64,000 nucleotides of DNA. Source: an uncultured delta proteobacterium (GTDB lineage Bacteria > Myxococcota_A > Polyangia > Fen-1088). The number at the start of each line of letters is the position of its first letter. Positions within the stretch are counted from its first letter, which is position 1. The position numbers and the translations under genes are program-made. Location: positions 128,001 to 192,000 of the forward strand of contig CAVTRY010000014.1 in NCBI GenBank assembly GCA_963737265.1. The letters run 5' to 3'. Positions 52,756-63,588 of this stretch are shown here, one piece after another. The notes beneath the pieces were generated by a model. It was not told the DNA's origin. It made no database searches and saw only the letters and a list, made by a program, of their open reading frames with translations.

Positions 52756-54407
52756 CGCGAGGGCTCCTTGGCGACAGGATTGAACTGGTAGGGATCCTCG
52801 GTGATGACCGGCAGCACGTCGAAGTTTTCCACCGGGGGCGGCGACGAAACGGTCCATTCCAGCGTGACGCCGCCCCAGGGATTGGCGGGAACGTCGACTT
52901 TGCGAAACAGGCCGCGGATGAGATTGGCGACCATCATGAGAAGGCCGGCAACCATGATCCAGGAACCGACGGTGGCGTGAATATGGCCGCCGTTGAATTT
53001 GGGCAGGTGGTCGTAGTAACGCCGGGGCATGCCTTGCAAGCCGAGAATCAGGAAGGTGAAATAAAGCATATTGAAGCCAACGAAGATGTGGATAAAGGCC
53101 ACAATGGCGGTGCGCTCGTTGTACATGCGGCCGAACATCTTGGGATACCAGTAGTGCAGTGCCGCGAAGAAGGCGAATCCTGTTCCGCCGAACATCACAT
53201 AGTGGAAGTGCCCCACGATGAAATAGGTGTCGTGAATGTGCACGTTGATGGCAAGGGCACCTTGGAACAGTCCGGTGAGGCCGCCAATGCTGAAGAGGAA
53301 AATGAAACCCAGGGCGTAGAGCATGGGGGAGCGCAGCTCGACCGACCCCTTGTAGAGTGTGGCGACCCAGTTGAAGACTTTGATGGCGCTGGGGATGGCC
53401 ACCAGGAAGGTGAGCAGAGAGAATGTGACGATGGCGGTTTCGCTCATGCCGCTGGTGAACATGTGGTGTGCCCATACAAGAGAGCCAACGGCGGCGATCG
53501 CCATGCTCGACATGACGATGGCCTTGTAGCCGAAGATGGTTCGATGGGCGAAGGTCGGGATGATCTCGGAGACTGCGCCCATGGCCGGGATAATCATGAT
53601 GTAGACGGCGGGATGCGAGTAGGTCCAGAAGAGATGCTGGTAGAGGATGGGATCGCCGCCGATGCGGGGATCGAAGATGCCGAGGTGAAACACGCGCTCC
53701 AGGATGACGAGCAAGAGCGTGATTCCCAGAATCGGCGTCGCGAGCACCTGCACCCACGCGGTGGCGTAGAGCGCCCACGGGAAGAGAGGCATGCGCATCC
53801 AATTCATGCCCTTGGTGCGCAGGCGGTGAATGGTGGTGATGAAGTTGAGCCCGGTGAGGATGGAGGAAAAACCGATGACGAAGGCGCCGAGCACGGCCAT
53901 GGTGACGTTGGTTCCGGTCGTCACGCTGTAAGGAACGTAGAACGACCAGCCCGTGTCGGGCGGCCCGCCGCCGGTGAACAACGACGTGATGGCTATGGTG
54001 GCGCCGGCCATGAACAGGTACCACGATAGTAGATTGAGGCGCGGAAAGGCCACATCCTTGGCGCCGATCATAATGGGCAACATGAAATTCCCGAACACCG
54101 CCGGCAGGCCAGGGATGACGAAGAGGAAGATCATGATCACCCCGTGCAACGTGAACAGGGCGTTGTAGGTGGTGGGCTTCATGATGGTCGGGCCCACGGT
54201 CAGGTGCTCTAGGCGCATGAACACCCCGAGCGTCATGCCGACCAGGAAGAACGTGATCATGGCGCCGAGATAAAGAAGCGCGATGCGCTTGTGATCCGTG
54301 GTGAGTAGCCAGGACGCGATTCCCTTGCGCGACGACTGGTTATAGAAATTCTCCTCGTGCGCGGCGACCGCGGAAGGGGCGGTGATCGATGCGGCGGCGG
54401 TACTCAC
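52752..54407 (-). CDS. coxA: Cytochrome c oxidase subunit I, type A2
   Basis: DHKRI, TLHG, FWTYSHPAVY (YS motif = A2), WAHHMF, HFHYV; GTGA coupling. Confidence 0.96.
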   Translation of the reverse strand: MSTAAASITAPSAVAAHEENFYNQSSRKGIASWLLTTDHKRIALLYLGAMITFFLVGMTLGVFMRLEHLTVGPTIMKPTTYNALFTLHGVIMIFLFVIPGLPAVFGNFMLPIMIGAKDVAFPRLNLLSWYLFMAGATIAITSLFTGGGPPDTGWSFYVPYSVTTGTNVTMAVLGAFVIGFSSILTGLNFITTIHRLRTKGMNWMRMPLFPWALYATAWVQVLATPILGITLLLVILERVFHLGIFDPRIGGDPILYQHLFWTYSHPAVYIMIIPAMGAVSEIIPTFAHRTIFGYKAIVMSSMAIAAVGSLVWAHHMFTSGMSETAIVTFSLLTFLVAIPSAIKVFNWVATLYKGSVELRSPMLYALGFIFLFSIGGLTGLFQGALAINVHIHDTYFIVGHFHYVMFGGTGFAFFAALHYWYPKMFGRMYNERTAIVAFIHIFVGFNMLYFTFLILGLQGMPRRYYDHLPKFNGGHIHATVGSWIMVAGLLMMVANLIRGLFRKVDVPANPWGGVTLEWTVSSPPPVENFDVLPVITEDPYQFNPVAKEPSR

Positions 54408-55204
54408 GGCGACTCCTTGGCGTCGGACTTGGGGCGCTTCTTTCGGTTTGCGGCGATGCCGATACCAAAGCCCAACGCGAGCACGATGGTGAAGGCCGCG
54501 GCGACGCGCGTGATGTCGAGGAAATACCTGCGACCAGCGGGATCGTAGCTGTAACAGAAGCGCAGAAAGCGGGCGATGGTGGGACCGGTGCGGCCTTGCG
54601 CGGCCTCGGCGACGGCCATTTTCACATCGAAGGGCAGGAAGGTGACGCCGTAAAGGTAGCGAGTCACCTTGCCCGTGGGCGAGAGCACCATGACGGCCCC
54701 GGCGTGAACGTAGTCGTCGCCGCGCTTGGCGAATCTGAAGCCGACGGCGTCGGCCAATCTTTTCGTGGAAACCGGATCGCCGGTCAGGAAACGCCACGCT
54801 GTGGGCGGGAAAGCGGGGCCGAGCTGCTTGACGTAGTTTTCCTTTTTCAGCCCGGCCAGCTCGGCGTTGTCGCGCGGATCGAAGCTGACCGAAATGACCT
54901 GGAAATCCTTGCCTGGGATCTGGTCCGTGCGTCCCAGCATCTCGGCCACGCCGTTGAGGAGCGGCGTGCACAGGCCGGTGCAACGGAAGTAGTTGAGCGT
55001 GAGCAGGGTCGGCTTGTCGAGGATGTCTCGCAGCGAGACGCGGTCGCCTTGCTCGTTGACCAACATGAGATCGAGGGGAACGGTTTGGCCCAGTTTCTCG
55101 TCGATGCCCACATCGAGTGGCGCTTCGGCAGGGGCCGCCGCCCGGGCAAGGCGTGTCGGCGCCAAGGTGCAAAGACATACCAGAATTGCGAGGTAGCTCT
55201 TCAT
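54404..55204 (-). CDS. SCO-family copper chaperone
   Basis: YFRCTGLC (CxxxC), SFDP, YVHAG, RYLYG. Confidence 0.9.
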   Translation of the reverse strand: MKSYLAILVCLCTLAPTRLARAAAPAEAPLDVGIDEKLGQTVPLDLMLVNEQGDRVSLRDILDKPTLLTLNYFRCTGLCTPLLNGVAEMLGRTDQIPGKDFQVISVSFDPRDNAELAGLKKENYVKQLGPAFPPTAWRFLTGDPVSTKRLADAVGFRFAKRGDDYVHAGAVMVLSPTGKVTRYLYGVTFLPFDVKMAVAEAAQGRTGPTIARFLRFCYSYDPAGRRYFLDITRVAAAFTIVLALGFGIGIAANRKKRPKSDAKESP

Positions 55205-56193
55205 GGCTGTGTAGCCTGCCCCTGTGGCGGTGCCGGTGCCATCAGATCGATGCCGAGCAGTGCGCGCATGATTTCCTGCCATTCATCCTTGCTCATGGTT
55301 GCCACCCTTGGAGAAAAGCCATTGCCTGGCGCGCCCGCTGTCCACGCGCGCGCCAGCGCAAGCGAATCGCCGCGATTCGTCCTTGCAGCCACCGTGCGCG
55401 ACGCGCGCGCTGGATCCGCGATTGCGGCGCGTAGCAATTCCGCCGAGGCGGATGTGTCGTCAGGAGGCGGCAGCTTCAGCGCCGGCACCGCAACCTGCTC
55501 GCGCACCATCTTGCTGATGGCCGAGCTCACCGGGATGCGATTGGGAATGTGGAACGCCTTGGAACGGAATTGATCGGACAGGGCCTCGAGCGCCTTGGGA
55601 TCTTCCGGCCCGTGGTCGAACGCGCCGAGGGAGCGCACGTAGTGCACGAGCGCCATGCGATCGGCGGGGACGATAAAATCGAAGGCGGCCATGCCGGTAC
55701 TCTTCACGCCGGTCGATACCGTCGTATATATGTCGGTCACGCGATAGCCGTGCGTCCATTTTTCGGGCTGGGAGAAGTTGCGCGGCTTGGGATTCAGCGC
55801 CGCCGCCGCGGGGCCGTCGCCGTGTCCCGTATCTCCGTGGCAGGATGAACAGTTCTGCTTGAAGAGGGATTTGCCGCGGGTCAGCAGTTTTGGGTTCGGG
55901 GTTAGCACCGTCGCCGGATCCACGGGCGGAAGATCCCGACCCTTGCTTGCCGGGGCTTCAGCCTGGTCGAGCCAACCCACGCTGGCGGCGGCCGGCTGAT
56001 CCGATGGCGTGCGACCGGGCGGGCGCCGCTCGCGCAGCAGCGACGGGACGACAATCAAGCCGAACAGGATGAAGGTGATGGCGACGCCCGCGCCGAGCGC
56101 GAAACGTGTTGCCAGTCCCTGGGCCTCCGCTCCCCACGGCGATGACGGCGGCGATGAAGACGACGGCGGCATCGGCTTTCGTTCGTCGCTCAT
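55201..56193 (-). CDS. Membrane-anchored monoheme cytochrome c
   Basis: One TM, CSSCH, GDGPAA..PKPRNF, M ligand in TGMAAF. Confidence 0.85.
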   Translation of the reverse strand: MSDERKPMPPSSSSPPSSPWGAEAQGLATRFALGAGVAITFILFGLIVVPSLLRERRPPGRTPSDQPAAASVGWLDQAEAPASKGRDLPPVDPATVLTPNPKLLTRGKSLFKQNCSSCHGDTGHGDGPAAAALNPKPRNFSQPEKWTHGYRVTDIYTTVSTGVKSTGMAAFDFIVPADRMALVHYVRSLGAFDHGPEDPKALEALSDQFRSKAFHIPNRIPVSSAISKMVREQVAVPALKLPPPDDTSASAELLRAAIADPARASRTVAARTNRGDSLALARAWTAGAPGNGFSPRVATMSKDEWQEIMRALLGIDLMAPAPPQGQATQP

Positions 56194-57350
56194 AGTTGCC
56201 ACTCCAGTCCCTTGCTCAGCAGGGGATCGCCCACCGGCATGTCGGCGCCTCGACCCATGGCGCGGCGAATTTGCAAGAGGCCGAGACCGGTAAAGAAACA
56301 CGCCATGGCGAGCTCGGGCCAGCCGAAGAGCGGCTTGCTGCCGAGCACGGGGAAGATGAGCCAGTACAAATCGACAAAGTGCCCGAGTAGCAGCGACAGC
56401 GCCGCGAGGCGCAGAATCCTCGACGATTTCTTCGCCTGGCCGCCGATGAGCAGGAAAAACGGAAGCAGAAAATTCAGCAGGGGAAGAAGCAAGGCGACGG
56501 GCTGCCAAGCGCCTTCGATGCGATGCTTGAACCAGACGACTTCCTCGGGAAGGTTGGCGTACCAGATCAACATGTATTGGGCGAAGCCGATGTATGCGTA
56601 GAAGACCGTGAAGGCTAACCCCAGGGTGCCTAGGTTGTAGTAGTGCTTGCTTTGGACTTCAGTCAAGCGCCCGCGGCGTTTGAGGACGAGCACACCGAGC
56701 AACATGGCGGCGATGCCCGAGAGAAAGGTACCGGCAAACAGGTACACGCCGAACATGTCGCTGTACCATTCGGGTTCGAGGCCAGAAATCCAGTCGAACG
56801 CCACGATGGTCACGGTGAAGAAGAAGACCACCATGAAGGGCGGCGCCAGCCGGCGCGCGCGCACGGTGAAATTGGGATCCTTGCTTTCATCCTGGCGCAA
56901 TGAACCGCGCACGTAGAAGGAATAGAACAGCAGCCAAACTACTGCGCACGCCACCAGGCGGATAGCGAAGAAGGGCAGGTTCAGCCAGGGCGCCTTGGCG
57001 ACCAGGATCGGATTGTGGGCGGCTTCGGGGCGCGTCCAGGGAAACAGCACCGGCAGCGCGAGAAAGGCGACCAGCAGCAAGGGAATGGCCAAGAGCAGCA
57101 GCGAGGCAAGTCGCTCGGGCACGCGGCGCATGGGCACGCTCCAGTGGGCACCGACGAGGCGTTCGAGCGCGACGAGAAAAAGATTTCCAAGGCCGAGGGT
57201 CAGCAAGAACAACGTCCACACCAGCCAGTTGGCCCAGAAACGCTCCGGTCCGGCGCTGACGTAAACGCCAGCGGTACCCGCCGCGCCCACCAGGGTCAGC
57301 ACCACGAGAAGATTGCGGGTCAGCGGGGATCGAGGGTTTTCGGCACTCAT
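56190..57350 (-). CDS. actF: Alternative complex III subunit F
   Basis: About 10 TM helices, WYSDMFGVY, QYMLIWYANLPEE. Confidence 0.88.
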   Translation of the reverse strand: MSAENPRSPLTRNLLVVLTLVGAAGTAGVYVSAGPERFWANWLVWTLFLLTLGLGNLFLVALERLVGAHWSVPMRRVPERLASLLLLAIPLLLVAFLALPVLFPWTRPEAAHNPILVAKAPWLNLPFFAIRLVACAVVWLLFYSFYVRGSLRQDESKDPNFTVRARRLAPPFMVVFFFTVTIVAFDWISGLEPEWYSDMFGVYLFAGTFLSGIAAMLLGVLVLKRRGRLTEVQSKHYYNLGTLGLAFTVFYAYIGFAQYMLIWYANLPEEVVWFKHRIEGAWQPVALLLPLLNFLLPFFLLIGGQAKKSSRILRLAALSLLLGHFVDLYWLIFPVLGSKPLFGWPELAMACFFTGLGLLQIRRAMGRGADMPVGDPLLSKGLEWQL

Positions 57351-58486
57351 CGCAGATCCTCGTCCTTGGCATTCTGGGCCCGTTGCAGAACGCGAACGTA
57401 GTGCACGGCGGCCCAGCGATCGGAATCATCCAGATCCGGCGCGTAGCTCGGCATGGCGTTCTTGCCCAGCATGATCACGCCGTAGAAATATCCGTCGGGG
57501 CGGGCGCGTACCTCGTTGGACAGCAAGTTGCCGGGCTTGGCGCCGTAGGCGCGCGAGAGCAAGGCCACGCCATCGCCCACGGCGCCGTGGCAAACCGCGC
57601 AGTGGTCATTGAAAACCTTGCGCCCGCGCTCGGCGGTCTCTTGCGTGAGCGGCAGCGGATTCGTGAGCATGTCGCCGGCCTCTTCTGGCGTGGCAAACGC
57701 GGGCGGAAGGTGTCCACGCGCGACCGTGCCGGCCACGGCGGGGCGCATGCCGCGTCCGTCGGCGAAGAACGAGCTCGATCGAAATGCGTTCAACTTGGGT
57801 TGGTTGTGCATGTGGACCATGGGCGGCACGATGGGCAGCACTTTCTGAACGGCGTAGATACCCACACCTGCCACCACGCAGGCCGCGACGATGGCGCCGA
57901 TGGCTTGCAGCAGACCCACCAGCGTGAGCGGAGTCCACACAGGAATGGGAACCATCTCGACGGACTCGGCGCCGTTGTCGATGAGCGCCTGGCGGGCGGT
58001 TTCGGTGTCGAAGGTCGGCCCGACGTTTTCGATGCTGAGGGCGAGCTTGTCGCGCGTGATGTCCTTGATGGCCTTGGCATGGAGCACAGGGTGGCCGAAG
58101 AACGGCAGCTTGTTGAACACGAACAACATGGCCAGGCCGGCGGTGAAGGTGGCGAAGAGCACCGTCACTTCGAACATCACCGGCACGAAGGCCTGCCAGG
58201 AAAAGAGCGGCTTGCCGCCCGTCACCAAGGGATAGTCCACCGCGCTCGTCCACCACTCGAAGAGCAGCGCCAAGAACGCGCCGAGGATGCCCATGCCCAA
58301 GACCAAGGCGCCGAGGCGCGACGGCGCAAGTCCAATCGCGCGGTCGAGTCCGTGCACCGGGTAGGGCGTGTAGGCCTCCAGCCGTCCCAGCTTGCGCGGA
58401 CGAATGTTGTTGGCGGCGTCGACGATCTTCTGCGCGTCGGAGTAGAGGCCGAGCACGGCGAACGTCGAACCCGTCGCGCTAGTCAT
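57347..58486 (-). CDS. Alternative complex III ActD-ActE fusion (DUF3341 + cytochrome c)
   Basis: [20 protein letters not shown], then MHNQPK..GTVARG..CAVCHG..MPSY. Confidence 0.88.
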   Translation of the reverse strand: MTSATGSTFAVLGLYSDAQKIVDAANNIRPRKLGRLEAYTPYPVHGLDRAIGLAPSRLGALVLGMGILGAFLALLFEWWTSAVDYPLVTGGKPLFSWQAFVPVMFEVTVLFATFTAGLAMLFVFNKLPFFGHPVLHAKAIKDITRDKLALSIENVGPTFDTETARQALIDNGAESVEMVPIPVWTPLTLVGLLQAIGAIVAACVVAGVGIYAVQKVLPIVPPMVHMHNQPKLNAFRSSSFFADGRGMRPAVAGTVARGHLPPAFATPEEAGDMLTNPLPLTQETAERGRKVFNDHCAVCHGAVGDGVALLSRAYGAKPGNLLSNEVRARPDGYFYGVIMLGKNAMPSYAPDLDDSDRWAAVHYVRVLQRAQNAKDEDLR

Positions 58487-59870
58487 GGCTGGCGCCCCCG
58501 TGGCCGGCCTGGGCACCCGGCAGACTGGCTTTCATTTCGCTGGTGGCAATGACCGGCATCACGCGGGCGAACAGTAGCACCAGCGTGAAGAACAGTCCGA
58601 ATGAGCCCAGCAGAATGCCGAAGTCGATCTTGGTGGGAATGTAGATGTGCCAGGACGACGGCAGGTAATCCTGATGGAGCGAAATCACGATGATTACGAA
58701 ACGCTCCATCCACATGCCCAAGGTCACGGCCAGCGCGACGAAAATCATGGCTGGGATCGACCGGCGCATGCGGCGGAACCAGAAAATCTGCGGGATGATG
58801 ATGTTGCAGGTGATGGTGGTAATACCGGCCCAGCCGTAGAAGCCTGAAACGTAATTCTTGAAGGTGTGCTGGATGTACGGGTTGGCGCTGTACCAAGCGG
58901 TGCCGCCCTCCATGCAGTAGGCGTAGCCCATGATGCACGACATGGCCAAAATCAGCCGATTCATCACGTCGAGGTGATTGTCGGTGATGAGATTCGCGAG
59001 ATTCATGGTCTTGCGAACCACGATCAGCGCCATGACCACCATGGCGAAACCGGCGAAGATGGCGCCCGCGACGAAGTAGGGCGGGAAGATGGTCATGTGC
59101 CAGCCCGGCACCAGCGACACGGCGAAGTCGAACGACACCACGCTGTGCACGCTGATGACGAGGCCGGTGGCCAGGCCCGCGAGCAGCAAATACGCCTTAT
59201 CGTAATGAAGCCAGTGCGAGGTGGCGCCGCGCCAGCCCATACTGAGCACGGCGTAGATTCGCTTGCGTATGCCTTCGGGCGTGCGGTCGCGCATGGACGC
59301 GAAATCAGGCACGAGCCCGAGGTACCAAAAGACCAGCGAGACCGAAAAATACGTGCTGACCGCGAACACGTCCCAAATCAGCGGCGAGCGGAAGTTCACC
59401 CAGAGGCTACGCTCGTTGGGGTACGGGAATAGCCAATAGCCGAACCACGGCCGGCCGGTGTGCAGCACCGGAAAGATGGCCGCGCACATGACGGCGAAGA
59501 TGGTCATGGCCTCGGAGAAGCGGGCAATGGCATTGCGCCAGCGCGCCCGGAATAGAAATAGGATGGCCGAAATCAAGGTGCCCGCGTGGCCGATACCGAC
59601 CCAGAAGACGAAGTTGATGATGCCGAAGCCCCACGCCACCGGCCGGTTGTTTCCCCACGTGCCGATGCCGTAGTAGAGCGTCCAGGCAATGCAGAAGCCG
59701 CCGATGCCAAGCGCCGTGAGCGTCACGGCCAGGGCGACGTACCAGGCGCGCGGCGGCCGACGGTCGGGAAACTGCAGGACCTGCTGATCGAGCGAGGCAG
59801 ACGTGACCACGCCTTCGATGAGCTCGAAGGGCTGCAGGGCTTCCGGCAGGGGCGCGGTCGCGGGTTTCAT
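58479..59870 (-). CDS. actC: Alternative complex III subunit C (NrfD-like quinol-binding subunit)
   Basis: [50 protein letters not shown]. Confidence 0.94.
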   Translation of the reverse strand: MKPATAPLPEALQPFELIEGVVTSASLDQQVLQFPDRRPPRAWYVALAVTLTALGIGGFCIAWTLYYGIGTWGNNRPVAWGFGIINFVFWVGIGHAGTLISAILFLFRARWRNAIARFSEAMTIFAVMCAAIFPVLHTGRPWFGYWLFPYPNERSLWVNFRSPLIWDVFAVSTYFSVSLVFWYLGLVPDFASMRDRTPEGIRKRIYAVLSMGWRGATSHWLHYDKAYLLLAGLATGLVISVHSVVSFDFAVSLVPGWHMTIFPPYFVAGAIFAGFAMVVMALIVVRKTMNLANLITDNHLDVMNRLILAMSCIMGYAYCMEGGTAWYSANPYIQHTFKNYVSGFYGWAGITTITCNIIIPQIFWFRRMRRSIPAMIFVALAVTLGMWMERFVIIVISLHQDYLPSSWHIYIPTKIDFGILLGSFGLFFTLVLLFARVMPVIATSEMKASLPGAQAGHGGASHD

Positions 59871-62799
59871 CGTTCGCCTCCACCCGCCGGGTTTTTGAGC
59901 GCTGCCAGATAGGTGATGGCGGGCTTGGTGCCGAGCTCTTCGAGCACGTGGAAGCCGCGATTGCTCCGGGAAATCTTCGACACTTCGCTTGTCAGGGTCG
60001 GCGATGTCGCCGAACACGATGGCGCTGGCGGGGCACGCGGCTCCGCAGGCCGGCACCACGTCGTTGTCGCGCAGCGGGCGCTCTTCGCGCTTGGCGACCT
60101 GATCGGCGTTGCGAATGCGTTGCACGCAGAAGGTGCACTTCTCCATCACGCCGCGCGGGCGCACCGTCACCTCGGGATTGAAGGCCAGTTGCATCGACTC
60201 CGGCGTCTCGCTGGTGAAATCGAGGAAGTTGAAACGGCGGACCTTGTACGGGCAGTTGTTGAGCGCAGTAGCGCGTGCCCACGCAGCGGTTGTAGGCCAT
60301 CTGGTTGATTCCGTCCGGGCCGTGGTTGGTGGCTTGCACCGGGCACACGGTTTCGCAAGGAGCGTTGTCGCAGTGCTGGCACAGCATGGGTTCGTGCACC
60401 ACACTCGGCGCGGTCTCGTTGCCTTCGTAGTACCGATCGATGCGCATCCAGTGCATGGCCCGCCCCTTGCGCACTTGCTCGGGGCCTACCACAGGAATGT
60501 TGTTCTCCGATTGGCAGGCCACCACGCACGCGCCGCAGCCCACGCACGAGGAAAGATCGATGGCCATGCCCCATCGCGGACCCCTTTGCTCCTGTTTGTC
60601 ATAGAGCGAGGGCAGCTCTTCGCGCTCCAGCTCGTGCTGGGGCTTGCGCGCGTAGTCGGCCAGCGACCACTGGCGCGCGATGTCGCGGCCGTCCTTGGTG
60701 TCGTGCTCCTGGGACAGCGCCAGCTCTTGGTGGCCGCCGGTCGGCTGGATGTTGTCGATGGAAAGCACTCGACGCGCTGGTGTGCCGGCAAACGCCCAAG
60801 CGCGCGTTCCCACGTCGGAAGCCACGCTGCCTTGCCAGTGACCGTGGCCCAGCGTCAGACGAAGCACGCCTTCTGCCTGGCCGCGCTGGCGCAGGATGGG
60901 CAGCGCCGGACCTTTGCCAAGCGTGACCATGTCGCCATTCTTGAGGTGCAAGCGATCGGCATCGGCGGGCGCCATCGCAAGGGGATTGCCCCACGATGCC
61001 TTGGTCACCGAATCGGGCAGCTCCTGCAACCAGCCGTTGTTGCCGTAGCGGCCGTCGTACATCCGCGAGTCCATATCGAGAACCAGCTCGACGTTTCCGG
61101 CCGAAACCTTCGCCGCGTTGGCGACAGCGCGCGAACAGGCGGCGCCGTCCAGGCGTCGCGGCGGCAGCGCCTCGGACCGGCGACGGAAGAGGCCGTCGTG
61201 CAGGCAGGCGTTCCAGAAACGCGCGAAAGGAATCGGGCTGTCCTTGGGCTGGACGTCGTTCTGCCAGCGCTGCTTTATCCACCCGAGGTAGGTCTCGGTC
61301 CCTGCTTTTCCCAGGCCGGACAGGCAGCGCAGAAGAATGTCCTCGCCCTGCAACGTCTCGTAGAGCGGCGCCACCAGCGGCTGTTGCAGGGTCAAGAGAT
61401 CGCGACTGGTCTCGAAATCGTTCCAGCTTTCCAGCCAGTGATTGACGGGCAGCACGAGCGAGCACATCGCCGCGGTTTCGTCGGGCAGAAGCCCCATGCT
61501 CACGCGCAAGGGAATCTTTTCCATCGCCGCTTTCCAGGCGCCGTCGTCGGGATAGTCGTAGGCCGGATTGACGTCCCAGAACAGGGCGGCGGCGAATTTG
61601 CCCGCTGCCATCTCGTCGACCAGCTTTTTGAAATCGTCGGCGGAGGCCAGCGCGGGTGCGGCTTGCTCGCTGACCACGGTGACGCCCTCGGCACCGAGCA
61701 TGCTGTTCAAGATGTGGCAGGCAGCGTGCGCCTCGACGGACGCGGCCGGACCGGCGAGAACCATGGCCTTGTCGCCGGCGGTGCATAGATCCCTGACCAG
61801 CGCATCGAGCTGCGCGGCGAAAGGCTTGGCTTCAGTCAAACGCTCCAGCGCAAACGGATCGAGCGCGGCCAGCTCCAATCCCGCGGGCAAGGCGCGGCCA
61901 CCCTTGAGATGAACCGCCCGAACCAAGCCGAAGGCGATGCGCGCGAGCGCCGAGGGACGAATCGGCATGCGCACATCGGCCTTAGTGCCAGTCAGGCTCA
62001 TGCCGCCTTCGAAAACGTAAAGGCGGTTCATCGATCCCGTCGGCGAGTCGGGGCGGCGCATGCGTGCGAAGCCTGCAATGGCCGACACGGTGTCGCCCTG
62101 GGTTCCGAGGAAGTCGGCTTCGAGGGCCAGGATGACCTTCGCTCGATCGAAATGATACCGCGCGAGCCTCACTTCGCCGAACAAGGCGCGCTCGGCCTCG
62201 CGGGCGTTGTGGTCGGCCGCCGGCTCCCATTGCACGTGGCGCAGTCCCGGCAACGCCTCGGCCAATCGCGCAAGCAGCGCCTTCCGGCTGGGCGAAAGCA
62301 CGGCGGGCGTGACCAGCAGGACGTCGCGGCCCGAGCCCGCAGCGTTCTTGAGACCACCGACGAGATTGTCGGCGGCTTCTTTCCAGCCGCACGGTCGTCC
62401 GTTCAGCACCGGGCCGCGCAGTCGATCTGGATCGTAAAGACCGAGCAAATCCGCCGTGGCGTGAAAATTCGTTTTGCCCCGATAGACGGGATGCTCGTCG
62501 TTTCCCTCGACGTGAATGGGGCGGCCTTCGCGTGCCTTGACCAGGACCGAGTAGGCGACTTCGCCCTCCTGGAAGGTACTGGCGTAGTAATCCGCGATTC
62601 CGGGGACGATTTCTTCCTGTTTTTTCGTGTAGGGGACGACAGCCGCACGGCTCTTGGCTGGTTTGCACCCGGCCCCGGTCGCGACCGCTGCCGATGCGCC
62701 CATCAAGGCCAAAAAACGTCGTCGAGACGGGCTGTCCACGTCGTCTTGGCCGGCGGTTTTGAAGACGGGCAGTCTGACGGGGGACTTCGGTTCACCCAT
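59867..62799 (-). CDS. actB: Alternative complex III subunit B (molybdopterin-like + Fe-S domains), with two +1 frameshifts
   Basis: Tat signal [34 protein letters not shown]. Extra bases near 60262 and 59990; correcting them restores [13 protein letters not shown] and an end coupled (ATGA) to actC. Confidence 0.88.
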
Positions 62800-63028
62800 G
62801 GCGCTTCACGGATTCGGCAGAGGGTCGAACGACGACCCGCGTGTTGGTCGGGGATTGGGCTGGCCAAAGTGGTCGGTGCTCGCGCTGAGCAGCCTCGGCG
62901 TGGAGCGAGTCGCGCGGACCGCGGCGGCGCAATCTCCAAGCCGCAAGTCCGGCGAGCGCGGCCGCGATTCCACCCAGCCAGCGGCGACGTGGGGTTTTGT
63001 CAAGGGTCTCTTCAGCGTCGGATTTCAT
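62792..63028 (-). CDS. 78-aa hypothetical protein with twin-arginine-like motif between actA and actB
   Basis: [44 protein letters not shown]; ATGA overlap with actA and 8-nt overlap with actB. Confidence 0.65.
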   Translation of the reverse strand: MKSDAEETLDKTPRRRWLGGIAAALAGLAAWRLRRRGPRDSLHAEAAQREHRPLWPAQSPTNTRVVVRPSAESVKRHG

Positions 63029-63588
63029 CGATGGCACGCGAAACAATTGGTGGGGCCTTGGGTGATCTTGGAGCCGGCCGGCACGGCGGCGTGGGCATCG
63101 CGATGGCACGACAAGCAGTTCCCCATGCGCATCAGCATCTCGCGCGAAACCCGTTCCATGGTTTGAACCTCCCCGTGACAGGTCTGGCAGGCGATGCCGG
63201 CGCCGACGTGGGGACGGTGATCGAAGTAGACGTGGTCGGGCAAGGTGTAGATGCGCTGCCATTCCACCACTTGGTTGGCTTTGAACGCGGCCGTGATTAG
63301 CTGGATCTCCGGCTTGTCGGTGCGCGTGACCGCGTGGCAGTTCATGCAGGTTTCCACTGCCGGCACACCGGCGTGGCGCGAACGCTCGGCGCCAGTGTGA
63401 CAGTACAAACAAGGGATGTGGTTGTCGCCTGCGTGCAGCCGGTGAGAAAAGGCGATGGGCTGCCTTGGGGAAAAGCCCAAGGCGAACCTGTCCGGTTCGG
63501 TGGCCCAGCCCACGGCCAGAACGGTTGTTAGAACGGCGATCGTGCCGATGGGCAGGATTATTCGCCAGAAGCGATCTCGTGGATGCAA
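63025..63588 (-). CDS. actA: Alternative complex III subunit A (pentaheme cytochrome c)
   Basis: QPIAFSHRLHAG, five CxxCH, LPDHVYFDH, MGNCLSCHR; TTG start. Confidence 0.92.
   Translation of the reverse strand: MHPRDRFWRIILPIGTIAVLTTVLAVGWATEPDRFALGFSPRQPIAFSHRLHAGDNHIPCLYCHTGAERSRHAGVPAVETCMNCHAVTRTDKPEIQLITAAFKANQVVEWQRIYTLPDHVYFDHRPHVGAGIACQTCHGEVQTMERVSREMLMRMGNCLSCHRDAHAAVPAGSKITQGPTNCFACHR

Noticed and set aside
59985-60265. Programmed ribosomal frameshifting in actB
   Set aside because: No slippery heptamer or homopolymer; two separate shifts would be needed; none is known for ActB
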